Position numbers and translations under genes: made by a program. From Planctomycetaceae bacterium (GTDB lineage Bacteria > Planctomycetota > Planctomycetia > Planctomycetales > Planctomycetaceae), in assembly GCA_002724415.1 (NCBI GenBank), contig PBOU01000106.1, forward strand, positions 14,824 to 78,823: DNA of 64,000 bases, read 5' to 3'. Positions 9,074 to 19,405 of the stretch are shown in pieces (position 1 is the stretch's first letter; every line of letters starts with the position of its first letter). Under the pieces are notes generated by a model. The model saw nothing but the letters and a program-made list of their open reading frames with translations. It did no database searches and had not been told where the DNA came from.

Positions 9074-10366
9074 TTGCATTTGGCTGAACCAAAGCGAGAA
9101 GAACTCAACGTCAAGTCGAAACGCGGTATCCTGGTTCGTGTCTTGAGCCGGAACCAGCGAAGCGACCGTGAAGGCGCGTTGGAGGAGATCCGTGGCCTGG
9201 CGACCACGGCCGGCGTGCAGGTTGTCCATGAGATGATCCAGGTTCGACCGAAGCCTCACCCGGCCACCTGCCTGGGCAGTGGCAAGGTCGAGGAACTGAT
9301 CGAGCTGGTCGAAGCGTACGAGGCGGAGTTGATTGTCTTTGACAACAACCTGACTCCAGCCCAGAGCCGCAACCTGGAGGAGGCGCTGCAGACGATCATC
9401 GTGGACCGCAGCGAAGTGATCCTGGACATCTTCGCCACTCGTGCCCAGACCTACGAGGCCAAGCTCCAGGTCGAATTGGCGCAGCTGCTCTACTTCCGCC
9501 CGCGACTGAAACGACTCTGGACTCACCTGGAACGGATCGAGGGTGGCATCGGCACAGGCCGTGGACCGGGCGAGCGTCAGATCGAAACCGACCGCCGACT
9601 GATCGACCGACGTGTCTCAGAATTGCGTCGTCGATTGAAGGACGTGGAGAGCCGGCGTCGTCGCGAAGTCTCGCGTCGTGCCGACCACATGACCGTCTCC
9701 CTGGTCGGCTACACGAATGCTGGCAAAAGCACCCTGATGAAGTCACTGGCCGGTGCCGACGTGATGGTTGCCGACAAGCTGTTTGCCACGCTGGACACGC
9801 GCACGCGTCGTTGGGAGATCGCCGGCTGGGGTGAGGTGCTTTTGAGCGACACGGTGGGTTTCGTGCGAGACTTGCCCCACCACCTAGTCGCCTCATTCCG
9901 CTCGACACTCGAAGAAACCCGCCACGCCGACTTGTTGCTGCATGTCGCCGATTCTGGCCACCCACGGGTGACCGACCAGATCGAGACTGTCAACAGCGTC
10001 CTGTCCGACGTCGGAGCCGACCAATTGCCCCAGTTGCTGGTGCTCAACAAGGTCGACACTGTCGAGGACCGGACCGACATCGACATCCTGCGTGCCAAGA
10101 CCGAGCACTGCGTGGTGATCAGTGCCACCGACGACCTGGGACTGGACCGGCTCACCGCAGCCGTCTGCGACATGCTCGGTGAAGGAGAAGTGGAGGCGGA
10201 GATCACCACCGGAATTGGAAACGGTCGCCTGCTGGCATTTCTCAACGAGCACGGCCGGATGACCGACAGCGAGTACAACGAGCACACGATGCGGCTGATC
10301 TACCGCATCCCGCGACGTTTTGTCGAACAGATCACCGGCGACGACACCACCGTGACGTTGCTGTAG
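9074..10366 (+). CDS. hflX: GTPase HflX
   Basis: HflX N-terminal domain ([39 protein letters not shown]) plus G motifs [15 protein letters not shown] and NKVD. TTG start at 9074, the first start after the in-frame TAA at 9035. Confidence 0.9.
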   Translation: MHLAEPKREELNVKSKRGILVRVLSRNQRSDREGALEEIRGLATTAGVQVVHEMIQVRPKPHPATCLGSGKVEELIELVEAYEAELIVFDNNLTPAQSRNLEEALQTIIVDRSEVILDIFATRAQTYEAKLQVELAQLLYFRPRLKRLWTHLERIEGGIGTGRGPGERQIETDRRLIDRRVSELRRRLKDVESRRRREVSRRADHMTVSLVGYTNAGKSTLMKSLAGADVMVADKLFATLDTRTRRWEIAGWGEVLLSDTVGFVRDLPHHLVASFRSTLEETRHADLLLHVADSGHPRVTDQIETVNSVLSDVGADQLPQLLVLNKVDTVEDRTDIDILRAKTEHCVVISATDDLGLDRLTAAVCDMLGEGEVEAEITTGIGNGRLLAFLNEHGRMTDSEYNEHTMRLIYRIPRRFVEQITGDDTTVTLL

Positions 10367-10398
10367 TTCTTTTTCCTCCAGCACGTCGAACCACTATC

Positions 10399-11892
10399 AT
10401 GGGCACCATGTCCGAACAGTGTTACCTGGGCGTGGATCTCGGAGCCGAGAGCGGCCGCGTTGTGGCCGGACTCTTCGACGGCCACTCGGTCCGTCTCGAA
10501 GAACTCCACCGTTTCCCCAACGGTCCGGTCAATGTCGGCGGCACGCTGAGATGGAACGTGCTGGGACTCTGGCAGGGAATCCAGCACGGCCTGGCCGCAG
10601 CCGCCGCCAGGTTTGGCGACGAGGTGCGGAGCATCGGGGTCGACACCTGGGGAGTCGATTACGTCCTGCTGTCGGCCCGAGACGAGTTGCTTGGCCTCCC
10701 CTGGCACTACCGCGATGGACGCACCACGGGGATGCTGGCGACCGCCTGCGAGCGGGTTCCGCGAGACGAGATTTTTGCCGCAACCGGCCTGCAGTTCATG
10801 GAACTGAACACGCTCTACCAGTTGCTGGCTATGAAACGTGATCACCCCGAACTTCTTGACGAAGCCCGGCGGCTGCTGTTGATCCCCGACTACTTCCACT
10901 GGCTATTGTGTGGCAGCCGTGTGGTCGAATTCACCAACGCCACCACCACCCAGTGCTTTGACCCCGCAAGAAACGACTGGGCCACGGAATTGCTGGGCCG
11001 ATTTGAGTTGCCCGGCGAGATCTTCCCCGAGGTGGTGCCACCGGGAACCTCGCTGGGTCGATTGCGAGCCGATGTCGCCGCCGCTGCCGGACTCGGCCGG
11101 GTCAACGTGATCGCTCCGGCCACTCACGACACGGGCTCGGCTGTCGCTGCCGTCCCAACCGATCGCACCGGAACCGCCTCGTGGACATACATCAGTTCCG
11201 GCACCTGGTCGTTGATGGGCGCCGAGGTGAACGGTGCGGTAACCGGTCCCGGCACACTGGCCGTCAACGCCACCAATGAGGGCGGCATCGACGGGACCTT
11301 CCGGTTGCTCAAGAACATCATGGGACTGTGGCTTGTCCAGGAATGTCGCCGCGCGTTCGCCCGCGATGGTCGTGACGTCGATTACGACACATTGACCCGC
11401 CAGGCGACCGACGCGCCGGCATTTGTCTCGCTGGTCAATCCCGACGACCCCTCCTTCCTCAAACCTCCCTGCATGCCGACGGCGATTCGTGACTTTTGCC
11501 GTCGCACCGGACAACCCGAACCGGCCAGCGACGGCGCGATGATCCGCTGTGCACTGGAGAGCCTGGCGCTGAAATACCGCGACGTACTCGAACAAATCGA
11601 ATCACTGACTGGCGAGACGAGCGAGGTGATCCACGTCGTGGGCGGAGGATCGCAAAATGGGCTGCTCAACCAGTTCACCGCCGACGCCTGTGGTCGGCCG
11701 GTGATTGCCGGGCCAGTCGAGGCCACCGTGCTGGGCAACGTGCTGGTTCAGGCTCGTGCCGACGGCGCCCTGGATTCACTGGGTGACATCCGCGAGGTCG
11801 TCGCCAATTCCACCCAACCCGACACGTTCACTCCCAGCAACCCGTCCGCGTGGGACAGGGCCCGTGAACGCTTCGCCGGTCTCACCGATTGA
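10399..11892 (+). CDS. rhaB: FGGY-family carbohydrate kinase, rhamnulokinase-like
   Basis: N-terminus [29 protein letters not shown] and C-terminal [24 protein letters not shown] are typical of rhamnulokinase. Confidence 0.7.
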   Translation: MGTMSEQCYLGVDLGAESGRVVAGLFDGHSVRLEELHRFPNGPVNVGGTLRWNVLGLWQGIQHGLAAAAARFGDEVRSIGVDTWGVDYVLLSARDELLGLPWHYRDGRTTGMLATACERVPRDEIFAATGLQFMELNTLYQLLAMKRDHPELLDEARRLLLIPDYFHWLLCGSRVVEFTNATTTQCFDPARNDWATELLGRFELPGEIFPEVVPPGTSLGRLRADVAAAAGLGRVNVIAPATHDTGSAVAAVPTDRTGTASWTYISSGTWSLMGAEVNGAVTGPGTLAVNATNEGGIDGTFRLLKNIMGLWLVQECRRAFARDGRDVDYDTLTRQATDAPAFVSLVNPDDPSFLKPPCMPTAIRDFCRRTGQPEPASDGAMIRCALESLALKYRDVLEQIESLTGETSEVIHVVGGGSQNGLLNQFTADACGRPVIAGPVEATVLGNVLVQARADGALDSLGDIREVVANSTQPDTFTPSNPSAWDRARERFAGLTD

Positions 11893-11940
11893 CCCAACCT
11901 CCCGCATCCCACTTTTATCACCAGAAAGCAAGACACCACG

Positions 11941-12894
11941 ATGGGACTCTTCGATCGCCTCAAGCAGGGACTCCAAAAAACCAAGGACCTGCTCCGCTCG
12001 GACATCCGCGACCTGTTCCGCGACGGACAGATCCTGGACGACGAACAACTCCGGCAACTCGAGGGGAAACTGTTGAAGACCGACATGGGAGTCGTCGCCT
12101 CCACGGCCGTCATTGACCAACTCCGGGAGGAACATGGTGGTCGCACGGTCGACGTCGAGGCCATCTTCGAAACGGTCAAGGACGCGCTCAAGGAGCAGTT
12201 GGCCGGAGCGGGCGAAGAGCAGCCCGACTGGGACAACGACGACCCCATCGCCCCACTCTCGCTCGCAGACGAGGGACTCAGCGTGATCCTCGTTGCCGGG
12301 GTCAACGGCGTCGGCAAGACCACCTCGATTGCCAAGCTCGCTCACCTGTTGATTGCATCGGGACGCCGGCTGGTCCTGGTCGCTGGAGACACCTTCCGCG
12401 CCGCCGCGGTGGAACAACTGACGATGTGGAGCGAGAGGCTGGGATGCGAGATCGTCACCGGGGCACCCGGCAGTGACCCGGCGAGTGTCGCCTACAACGG
12501 TTGCGAACGCGCCATCGAAACCGGAGCAGACTGCCTGGTGGTCGACACCGCCGGACGACTGCAGACCGATCGCAACCTGATGCAGGAACTGGAAAAAATT
12601 CACCGGGTGATCGCCAGCAAGGTGCCCGGGGCCCCCCACGAGAGCCTGCTGGTTCTCGACGCCACCACGGGACAAAACGGCATCAGCCAGGCCAGGAACT
12701 TCACCGAAATCGTCGACTGTTCCGGGATCGTACTGGCCAAGCTCGACGGCACGGCACGCGGTGGAATCGTTGTGCCCATCCGGCAGCAAATGGATCTGCC
12801 GGTCAAGTACGTCGGGGTTGGCGAGGGGGTCGAGGATCTCGAACCATTCGATGCCGACTGGTTTGTCGAGGCACTGTTCGAGGCCGGAGAGTAA
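11941..12894 (+). CDS. ftsY: Signal recognition particle receptor FtsY
   Basis: SRP54-type GTPase motifs GVNGVGKTTSIAKLA, DTAGRLQ and AKLDGTARGG, with an N-terminal helical NG region. Confidence 0.92.
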   Translation: MGLFDRLKQGLQKTKDLLRSDIRDLFRDGQILDDEQLRQLEGKLLKTDMGVVASTAVIDQLREEHGGRTVDVEAIFETVKDALKEQLAGAGEEQPDWDNDDPIAPLSLADEGLSVILVAGVNGVGKTTSIAKLAHLLIASGRRLVLVAGDTFRAAAVEQLTMWSERLGCEIVTGAPGSDPASVAYNGCERAIETGADCLVVDTAGRLQTDRNLMQELEKIHRVIASKVPGAPHESLLVLDATTGQNGISQARNFTEIVDCSGIVLAKLDGTARGGIVVPIRQQMDLPVKYVGVGEGVEDLEPFDADWFVEALFEAGE

Positions 12895-12921
12895 CCCGAA
12901 CAGGTCCACGTCGGCCGGTGA

Positions 12922-14385
12922 TCACATCGGAGCGATCCGCCTGGTGCCAACGTCGACCCCGGATTGGATGGACGCGTCGAAACTCGCCTTGATGAGTTCC
13001 GCCTTGATCGCCGCGGAGGCCGGGTCGTCCCACAGGTTGTCGAACTCCCACGGATCGGTCTCGAGGTCAAACAGTTCGCCGATCTCGTGACCGTGGTAGA
13101 CCGACAACTTGTGCCGGCGGTCCCTGTACATCGTGCCGTAGGTTCCCGCTGCGGGCTCGTCGTCGGAATGGCCTTGTGACACATCGGCCGGCTTGGGCGT
13201 GTCCGGAGACCCCGTTCCGATGAAAGCCGGGTCGAGCGCGTCGTAGTATTCACTGCGAACAAAATCGCGGTGGTGATCGGGTGAGACCCGCCCGGACAAC
13301 AACGGCCACAGGCTGCGGCCCTGGAGTTCGTTCAAACCCCCGGCGGCGGCGACATCGACGATCGTCGCCGACTTGTCGAGCAGTTCAACCAGGGCATCAC
13401 TCTGGACGCCGGCCTGCACGTGGCCGGGCCAGCGAAAGATGAGTGGAACTCGCACCAACCCCTCGTAGAACCGGCACCCCTTGTACAACAACCCGTGGTC
13501 ACCCAGTGACTCACCATGGTCGCTGGTGAATATCACCAGCGTGTCGTCACGTTGACCGGTCGCATCCAGGCAGTCCAGCAGCCGGCCCAGTTGATCATCG
13601 ACCTGGGCAATCATCGCGTAGTACAACGCCTGGACACGTCGACCGTCGAAGGTGTCCGGGTGAGCCGCCAGGGTCTGGAAGTCGATCTCGGCCAACCGGG
13701 CCTGTGCGGCCAGGTCGCTGTCACGAAAATACGGACCGGGCATCCGGTCACGATCAAATCGATCGGCGTAAGATCGAGGCGGGATGAACGGGGGATGGGG
13801 ATCGTAGACATTGACACTGAGCATCCAGGGTCCCGATCGATCCTGCGTGACAAACTCGATCGCCCGATCGGTCGCCCAGGCCGTCTGGTGCAACCCCGGA
13901 GGAACTCGCTCGTCACGATGACGCAGTTCATCCAGGTCCTCGCCCTGTCCACGAACCCAATCGGCGTAATCATGCCCCTGGGGCCAATCGTCGCGTGGAG
14001 CATGAGAGAATCGCCAGTACCGGTACCCGTCCTCCTCCAGGCGAGGCTCGGTCCGGTGACCGGCACTCTGCAGGTGAAATTTTCCGATCAACCCACAGTC
14101 GTAGCCCGCGTCTGCCAACCGTTTCGAGACCAGGCGAGGATGACCCGGATAGTTCTCGTTTCCGTTTCGACAATTGCGGGCACGGCTGGGATACAACCCG
14201 GTCAGAAAACTCGCCCGGCTCGGTGTACAGATCGGGCTCTGGCAGTAGCAACAGGTCAGGGTGGTGCCCTCGGCGACCAACGAATCCATCGTCGGCGTGA
14301 CCACGTGCGGATTGCCCAGTGCCGCGATCGTGTCGAACCGCTGCTGGTCGGTGCAGTACCAGAGAATATTGGGGGACGAGGTCAC
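12922..14385 (-). CDS. Cys-type sulfatase (arylsulfatase family)
   Basis: Sulfatase signature CQSPICTPSRASFLTGLYPSR and DHG near FTSDHGESLGDHG. The track ORF reaches 14511 but overlaps lptE by 107 nt. I place the start at GTG 14385 (VTSSPNILWYCTDQ). The start is uncertain and no signal peptide is evident. Confidence 0.8.
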   Translation of the reverse strand: MTSSPNILWYCTDQQRFDTIAALGNPHVVTPTMDSLVAEGTTLTCCYCQSPICTPSRASFLTGLYPSRARNCRNGNENYPGHPRLVSKRLADAGYDCGLIGKFHLQSAGHRTEPRLEEDGYRYWRFSHAPRDDWPQGHDYADWVRGQGEDLDELRHRDERVPPGLHQTAWATDRAIEFVTQDRSGPWMLSVNVYDPHPPFIPPRSYADRFDRDRMPGPYFRDSDLAAQARLAEIDFQTLAAHPDTFDGRRVQALYYAMIAQVDDQLGRLLDCLDATGQRDDTLVIFTSDHGESLGDHGLLYKGCRFYEGLVRVPLIFRWPGHVQAGVQSDALVELLDKSATIVDVAAAGGLNELQGRSLWPLLSGRVSPDHHRDFVRSEYYDALDPAFIGTGSPDTPKPADVSQGHSDDEPAAGTYGTMYRDRRHKLSVYHGHEIGELFDLETDPWEFDNLWDDPASAAIKAELIKASFDASIQSGVDVGTRRIAPM

Positions 14386-14404
14386 CGCGAAAACCCGTGT
14401 GTCA

Positions 14405-14977
14405 CTACCAGGGAGCCTCGAGCAGGTCCACGATGCGTCGGGCCATGCGATCGACCAACTCCTGCGATGCAGTGGCCATTGACTGCCCTGTCTCGGGAGA
14501 GAACCTCGCATCGGTCAACAGCGTGACCGCTGGACTGTCATCAGCCACAACCTGCCGCGCCAGCACCTGCTGGGTCCGTGTGTCGGTCCATGTCACTTCC
14601 ACGGCCAACTGCAGTTGCAGCGTCCGAGGATCATCGTCTCGCGTCTCACCCGTCACGTCCTTGTACGAGGCCAGCACGCGTCCCGTGAGCCGCGAATCAG
14701 CCGTCGCTCCGGGAACGATCTGGTACGGCAACCGCCTCTGGATCTCCTTGTGCACCGCCTCGGTCAACCGCAAGCCCAGCCCGCGGCGATCGTCCTCGCA
14801 GGCGAACACTGGCACGGCAATGGAACGAACCTGCTCGCGATGCAATGGTCCGACCACGTAACCGCAACCACCCACGACAACAGCCAGTAACGCCGTCAGC
14901 AACCGCGGCCGAAAGACAACCACGGCGACCAGCGTCGGCGACGTTGAGCGAGTCGAAAGAAGCCGGTGATAAAACAT
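14405..14977 (-). CDS. lptE: LPS-assembly lipoprotein LptE-like
   Basis: Lipobox-like LAVVVGGCGYVVGP, about 190 aa. The CGY..G start and the overall pattern resemble LptE family proteins. ATG at 14977. Confidence 0.55.
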   Translation of the reverse strand: MFYHRLLSTRSTSPTLVAVVVFRPRLLTALLAVVVGGCGYVVGPLHREQVRSIAVPVFACEDDRRGLGLRLTEAVHKEIQRRLPYQIVPGATADSRLTGRVLASYKDVTGETRDDDPRTLQLQLAVEVTWTDTRTQQVLARQVVADDSPAVTLLTDARFSPETGQSMATASQELVDRMARRIVDLLEAPW

Positions 14978-14979
14978 GT

Positions 14980-15008
14980 GATCCCGTTGATCCCCGTTGA
15001 TCCCCGGT
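14980..15008. repeat. Three tandem 9-10 bp units, each containing GATC
   Basis: gatcccgtt / gatccccgtt / gatccccggt, immediately upstream of the lptE ATG on the minus strand. GATC sites at 14980, 14989 and 14999. Confidence 0.85.
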
Positions 15009-15046
15009 ACGCCCCAACAGCCCTCTTGCCCACTCGCAAGAACAGC

Positions 15047-16513
15047 TCAATTCGAAGGAATCACGCGCCGTGTTGGCTGCGATGGTGATTCCGGATCTGG
15101 TTGGGAGGGCAGGGGATCAGGTGCTGACGTCGGTTTGTTTGAATCGGGTGATCCGGAGGCGGACCGGTCGGGAAATTCGGCAGACAGATCGGTGGATTCG
15201 ACGGTCGCGGAGTTGGACTCAGCAACAGGCAGGGGATTGCCCGCTGCACGCACTTCCGTGGCCATCCAACGGCCATTGGCGTATTGCGGCCCCAGGGCAA
15301 TCAACTCTTTCCGTGCACGCTGTGCGTGCGCGGTCCCGGCAAACCGGGCCAGGATCCTGTTCAGGTGCACGGCCATCGCCTTGGGCAGATTCTTCTTCCG
15401 GTAGAATTCGACCCGCTGCCATTCGCGATCAGCCCGGGCCTTCTCGATATCGGCCAATTCAGACTGCAGTCGCTGCTTCTCGGCAATGTCGGGAAACAAC
15501 CCCAGAGTGCTTTTCTTCAACTGGGCCGCCTCGTCAAGCGGGGTCTCGTCATAATGCGAACCCTGGTAACCCATCAATCGAACATGAGATCCAATCAGGA
15601 ACGCCGATTCTAGATAAGGACTGTTGGGGTAGAGCTTGCGGAGGTTGGTCAGGATGCGATCGGCCTCGCGCGAGTTCCCCTGCTCCAGGTGGCTCGCCGC
15701 CGCCAGCATCAATGCGTCATCTGCCAGATGCCCGGTGGGATCATTCAGCCAGACTGTCTTCAGTGCCTGCAGGGCACGACCCCGGGTGTCGAAGACCGGC
15801 TGGGTGTTGTCGGTGAGATTGGGCACCACCGGCAACCGGGCCAACCAGCCCTGGGGAGTTCCCCGAGTTGGCTTGGGTGCTGGAACGGTGGCCCCGGCCG
15901 GTCGAATCTTAGCGGCCGCCTTGAAGCTCTGCGTGTCCAACCAGTAGCGAGCAATTTCAAAGAGTCGTTCACTGCAGCGATCGATGTGTCGGGTCGATGG
16001 AAAATCGGTCAGCAGTTCGGTGTAACTGTCCTGTGCCGGCGCGTATTTCTTCAGTTGGAACTGGGTCTCAGCAAGGAGAAATAGGGCGTCCTCTCGAAAC
16101 GCCGCCCGGGGATCAATCAGGTTCGGGTTGAGTTCATCTCCGAGACGACGATCCTTGTCGAGTTTCTTCAGGAACGTCTTGCGGGTGTGTTTCGAAAAAT
16201 CGATGTACCTGGCCGGCCCCTGGCCTTTCAAATCGCTCAGCAACGCCTCGGCCTCCACGTGTCGGCCGGCCTCGGACAGCTTCTTGGCTTGTTCAAATCT
16301 CAACCGCTCGGTAATCGTCGGGCCGTTGTCGGCATCCGGATGACGATCCGTGTCGACCGTCGTGGCGTCTTTGAGTGTCGCAAGGGAACCACTCAACGAC
16401 GACTTGAGTGAGTCGAGGCCGCCGACCTGGATCGAACGACATCCCACGGATACTCCCAGCAGGCAAGCCGCAACCAGAACCGCAGCGCGGCCGACTATGG
16501 ATTTCATGGTCAT
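15047..16513 (-). CDS. TPR-repeat outer-membrane lipoprotein, BamD/YfiO-like
   Basis: Signal peptide plus lipobox (VAACLLGVSVGC). TPR-like segment EDALFLLAETQFQLKKYAPAQDSYTELLTDFPSTRHIDRCSERLFEIARYW resembles BamD. ATG at 16513; the track ORF starts at TTG 16522. It is longer than classical BamD. Confidence 0.5.
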   Translation of the reverse strand: MTMKSIVGRAAVLVAACLLGVSVGCRSIQVGGLDSLKSSLSGSLATLKDATTVDTDRHPDADNGPTITERLRFEQAKKLSEAGRHVEAEALLSDLKGQGPARYIDFSKHTRKTFLKKLDKDRRLGDELNPNLIDPRAAFREDALFLLAETQFQLKKYAPAQDSYTELLTDFPSTRHIDRCSERLFEIARYWLDTQSFKAAAKIRPAGATVPAPKPTRGTPQGWLARLPVVPNLTDNTQPVFDTRGRALQALKTVWLNDPTGHLADDALMLAAASHLEQGNSREADRILTNLRKLYPNSPYLESAFLIGSHVRLMGYQGSHYDETPLDEAAQLKKSTLGLFPDIAEKQRLQSELADIEKARADREWQRVEFYRKKNLPKAMAVHLNRILARFAGTAHAQRARKELIALGPQYANGRWMATEVRAAGNPLPVAESNSATVESTDLSAEFPDRSASGSPDSNKPTSAPDPLPSQPDPESPSQPTRRVIPSN

Positions 16514-16570
16514 CCCTGACAAGATGGCAGACCGTTGCGGGGCGGCCGGTTGAAGTGACTCGAATCGGGC

Positions 16571-17314
16571 TCAGAGGGGTAGAAATCGGAGCATCTTGGG
16601 GCGTCGCTCCAGGACGTGACAGATCGCCGGCGTCACCACGCGACGCATCTCCTGGTACCGTTCCATCGGCAACTCGGAAAACTCGTCACCGGGATCGGCC
16701 AACCGCGTCAACACTGCCGCGGCCTCGATACTGATGGTGGGGGAATTGAACTCCGGTCTCTGGCAGTGTGAACAAATCAGGCCTCCCGAGGAGACCCAAA
16801 AGGCAAAATGTCGCTGAGATTGTGGATCAGAATTCACCAGGGTGTCGCACGACACGCAGCGATCCAGGGCCGGCATCTGGCCGATTTCTCGCAGCAGGAT
16901 CATCTCGAATCGCAACAGCACCGGACGCACATCGACGTCCTCGGCAAGCTGCTGCAAAGCGAACGTGGCCTGGTCGTACAACTCCGGATGAGGGTCGTAG
17001 TCTTCTGTCAGCCCCGAAAGTAATTCGGCAATGTAGTAACCGGCATAGAGTGTGTGAATATTGCGGCCAGGCGGCCGGAATCGGGAGATCAGCTTGGCTT
17101 CTGTGAGGAGATCGAGGGCGTTGGTCGACTTGCGGAGGAACACTATCTGACACGTCGCGAGCAGGTCAAGAGCAGCCTCGAAGGGCCCCTTGAGCCGGCG
17201 TCCGCCCTTGGCCAACGCCGCAATTTTTCCGAAATCGCGAGAAAACAGCGTCACCACCCGACTGGTTTCACTGAAGTCCGCCACGCGGATGATCATCGCT
17301 TCGGTCTTTTCCAT
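16571..17314 (-). CDS. recO: DNA repair protein RecO
   Basis: From ATG 17314: MEKTEAMIIRVADFSETSRVVTLFSRDFGKIAALAKGGRRLKGPF.., plus a C-terminal Zn motif CVSCDT..CSHC. The 110 codons upstream in the track ORF look non-coding. Confidence 0.85.
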   Translation of the reverse strand: MEKTEAMIIRVADFSETSRVVTLFSRDFGKIAALAKGGRRLKGPFEAALDLLATCQIVFLRKSTNALDLLTEAKLISRFRPPGRNIHTLYAGYYIAELLSGLTEDYDPHPELYDQATFALQQLAEDVDVRPVLLRFEMILLREIGQMPALDRCVSCDTLVNSDPQSQRHFAFWVSSGGLICSHCQRPEFNSPTISIEAAAVLTRLADPGDEFSELPMERYQEMRRVVTPAICHVLERRPKMLRFLPL

Positions 17315-17408
17315 GAACGACTCCGGGGACAGATCTAGCACAATCCGCTGTCCGCGGGAATCCGTGCTACACTTCCACCGGACCGCAGCACTCGCCGGAC
17401 TCCCGTTG

Positions 17409-19265
17409 ATGACCAACCCGACCACCACCCGTTCTGCCGCGTCGCTGTCCGTGTCAAAACGAGACCGGGTCCTGGCGCGGGTGGCCAGCTGGACAGTCCA
17501 GCAGGGGGTGGCTGTCGACGTGATGGCAGAGACGATTCGCCAGGCCGTCATCCTGGCCCTGCTGGAAGCCCGGTGCCCCGGACTCTTGCATCCCGAATTC
17601 GTCGGAACCGCACGGCTCCCCCACGACATCGCCAGTACACTCAACCGCTGCTACGGCGAGACCGAAACGGGACTGCTGGCCCAGGGCCTGCTGGAATGGG
17701 AGGTCCGCGACGCATCCTCGGGTGATCACGAAATCCCTCTCACCGAGACCGGACTTCCTCTGGTTTTGGCTCGAGCATCCACGGCTCGCCGCAACCGTGG
17801 TGCCTATTTCACCCCCCGTCCACTGGTCACAACCCTGGCCACCGCGGCACTGGCACCCTGGAAAAACAGCCCCGAACAACTCCGGCAACTCAAGATTCTT
17901 GACCCCTCCTGTGGTGACGGCCGATTCCTGGTCGAGGTGGCTCGCCAGGTTTGGCTGGAACTCGAACCTCCCGGACACCCCGACCCGGCTCTCCGTCGCG
18001 AGGTGATCGGCAACTGCCTGTTCGGGACCGACATCGACCCGCTGGCCGTGTGCCAGGCCCGGACCGCGCTCTGGCAGGCCGCCGCACTTCCGGGAGAGCC
18101 ACCCGCGACATTGACGTCCCACCTGGTCACAGCCGATGGCCTGCTCGACCCCACGCCCGGAAACACCGGCCAATTTGACCTGGTCATCGGCAACCCCCCC
18201 TTCGGATCGTTTTCCGGCCGCCAGGCGTTGTCGATCGACCGCGACCTCAAAACCCGTTATCTCCAAAAGTGGGGCGGAGGCGGCTGGGACACGCTCCATG
18301 GAATGTTCGTCCAACGCGGCCTGGAACTGGCCGGGCACACCCTCGCGCTGGTTCTCCCCACCCAGGTCACTCACCTGGAAGGTTACGCGGGCCTGAGAAC
18401 ATCGATCAACAAGACAATGTCGTTGCACGAGATCAATGACCATGGTGAATCGGTGTTCGAGGGCGAAGCCGTGACACCGGTGGTGACCATGATTGCCCGT
18501 CGAGACAGCGATGGCCGTGCCAGTTGGATCACGACACGCCGTCCCGACTGGATCGACCGGGTGCAAGAACAGGGTGAGAGCCTGGGCCGGATGGTCGGCG
18601 ATCCGGGTGTCCACACTGGCAACTGTGCGCGACAACTGATCGTCGAAAATTCCGATCAGCCGGGTCGCTACGTCGACGTGCTCGAGGGCAGACAAGTGCA
18701 TCCCTGGCGGTGCGATCCGCCAATCAAGAAATTGCGATTGGACTACCAGGCGAATGGCGACGAGTACTTTTCGATCCGTCCACTGGAGACTTACCAGCGG
18801 GCACCATTCGTGATCCGTCAGACGGCACGACATCCGATCGTCGGACCAAAAAACACCGCCGAGTACTTCCGCAACTCGCTGCTGGCTCTCTACGAACCCG
18901 ACAACGGTTACGACATCCGTTACGTCGTCGGACTCCTCAATTCGCGACTGTTCCGATTCCTTTACACCACCGCGGTCCGGGAATCGTCCCAGTCGTCGTT
19001 TCCCCAGGTCAAGGTCCGCTCACTCCGTGATCTGCCAGTCATCTGGCCGGCTCGAGACAACCCGGTGCAGTGGGAGGCCTACGAGGTGATAGTTTCCACT
19101 GTGAAAACATTGCTCGATGTGTGCGCCGTGCCCGAGGAGGCCCGGCCCTCTGGGGCGGAGGAATCCCTTCGGATCGACCGCCTCGAACAGCGCATCGATG
19201 ACTGCGTCCTGGCGATCTACGACCTTGACGAGAACGCTCGAGACGACGTGTTCCTGTCCGGGTGA
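17409..19265 (+). CDS. N6-adenine DNA methyltransferase (Eco57I/TaqI-like gamma-class) with TaqI-type C-terminal specificity domain; no adjacent nuclease
   Basis: AdoMet motif ILDPSCGDGRFLVE, catalytic DLVIGNPPFG, and a C-terminal YVVGLLNSRLFRFLY TRD-like segment. The start is ambiguous (ATG 17409 or ATG 17523). The track ORF start at 17190 overlaps recO on the opposite strand. Confidence 0.75.
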   Translation: MTNPTTTRSAASLSVSKRDRVLARVASWTVQQGVAVDVMAETIRQAVILALLEARCPGLLHPEFVGTARLPHDIASTLNRCYGETETGLLAQGLLEWEVRDASSGDHEIPLTETGLPLVLARASTARRNRGAYFTPRPLVTTLATAALAPWKNSPEQLRQLKILDPSCGDGRFLVEVARQVWLELEPPGHPDPALRREVIGNCLFGTDIDPLAVCQARTALWQAAALPGEPPATLTSHLVTADGLLDPTPGNTGQFDLVIGNPPFGSFSGRQALSIDRDLKTRYLQKWGGGGWDTLHGMFVQRGLELAGHTLALVLPTQVTHLEGYAGLRTSINKTMSLHEINDHGESVFEGEAVTPVVTMIARRDSDGRASWITTRRPDWIDRVQEQGESLGRMVGDPGVHTGNCARQLIVENSDQPGRYVDVLEGRQVHPWRCDPPIKKLRLDYQANGDEYFSIRPLETYQRAPFVIRQTARHPIVGPKNTAEYFRNSLLALYEPDNGYDIRYVVGLLNSRLFRFLYTTAVRESSQSSFPQVKVRSLRDLPVIWPARDNPVQWEAYEVIVSTVKTLLDVCAVPEEARPSGAEESLRIDRLEQRIDDCVLAIYDLDENARDDVFLSG

Positions 19266-19350
19266 AAGGCCGGGGAACCGTTCGGTGGATTCCTCGTTAA
19301 CGCACAGAACCCATCCGACGAATCGAACGGGTCCTGAGACGCTCCGGCTC

Positions 19351-19376
19351 CGGATCAACTCGGTCGAGCCGATCCG
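19351..19376. terminator. Hairpin between convergent genes (possible bidirectional terminator)
   Basis: CGGATC aa CTCG gt CGAG cc GATCCG. There is no clear U-tract. Confidence 0.25.
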
Positions 19377-19405
19377 GTCGAGTAACCTGGGTCGCGTGAT
19401 TCGGC

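Noticed and set aside
17190-17408. N-terminal extension of the methyltransferase ORF (and the similar upstream extensions of ORFs 32079, 55257, 36302, 34778 and 16571-17644)
   Set aside because: These extensions overlap neighbouring well-supported genes or intergenic promoters and lack coding character. Internal starts give family-typical lengths.
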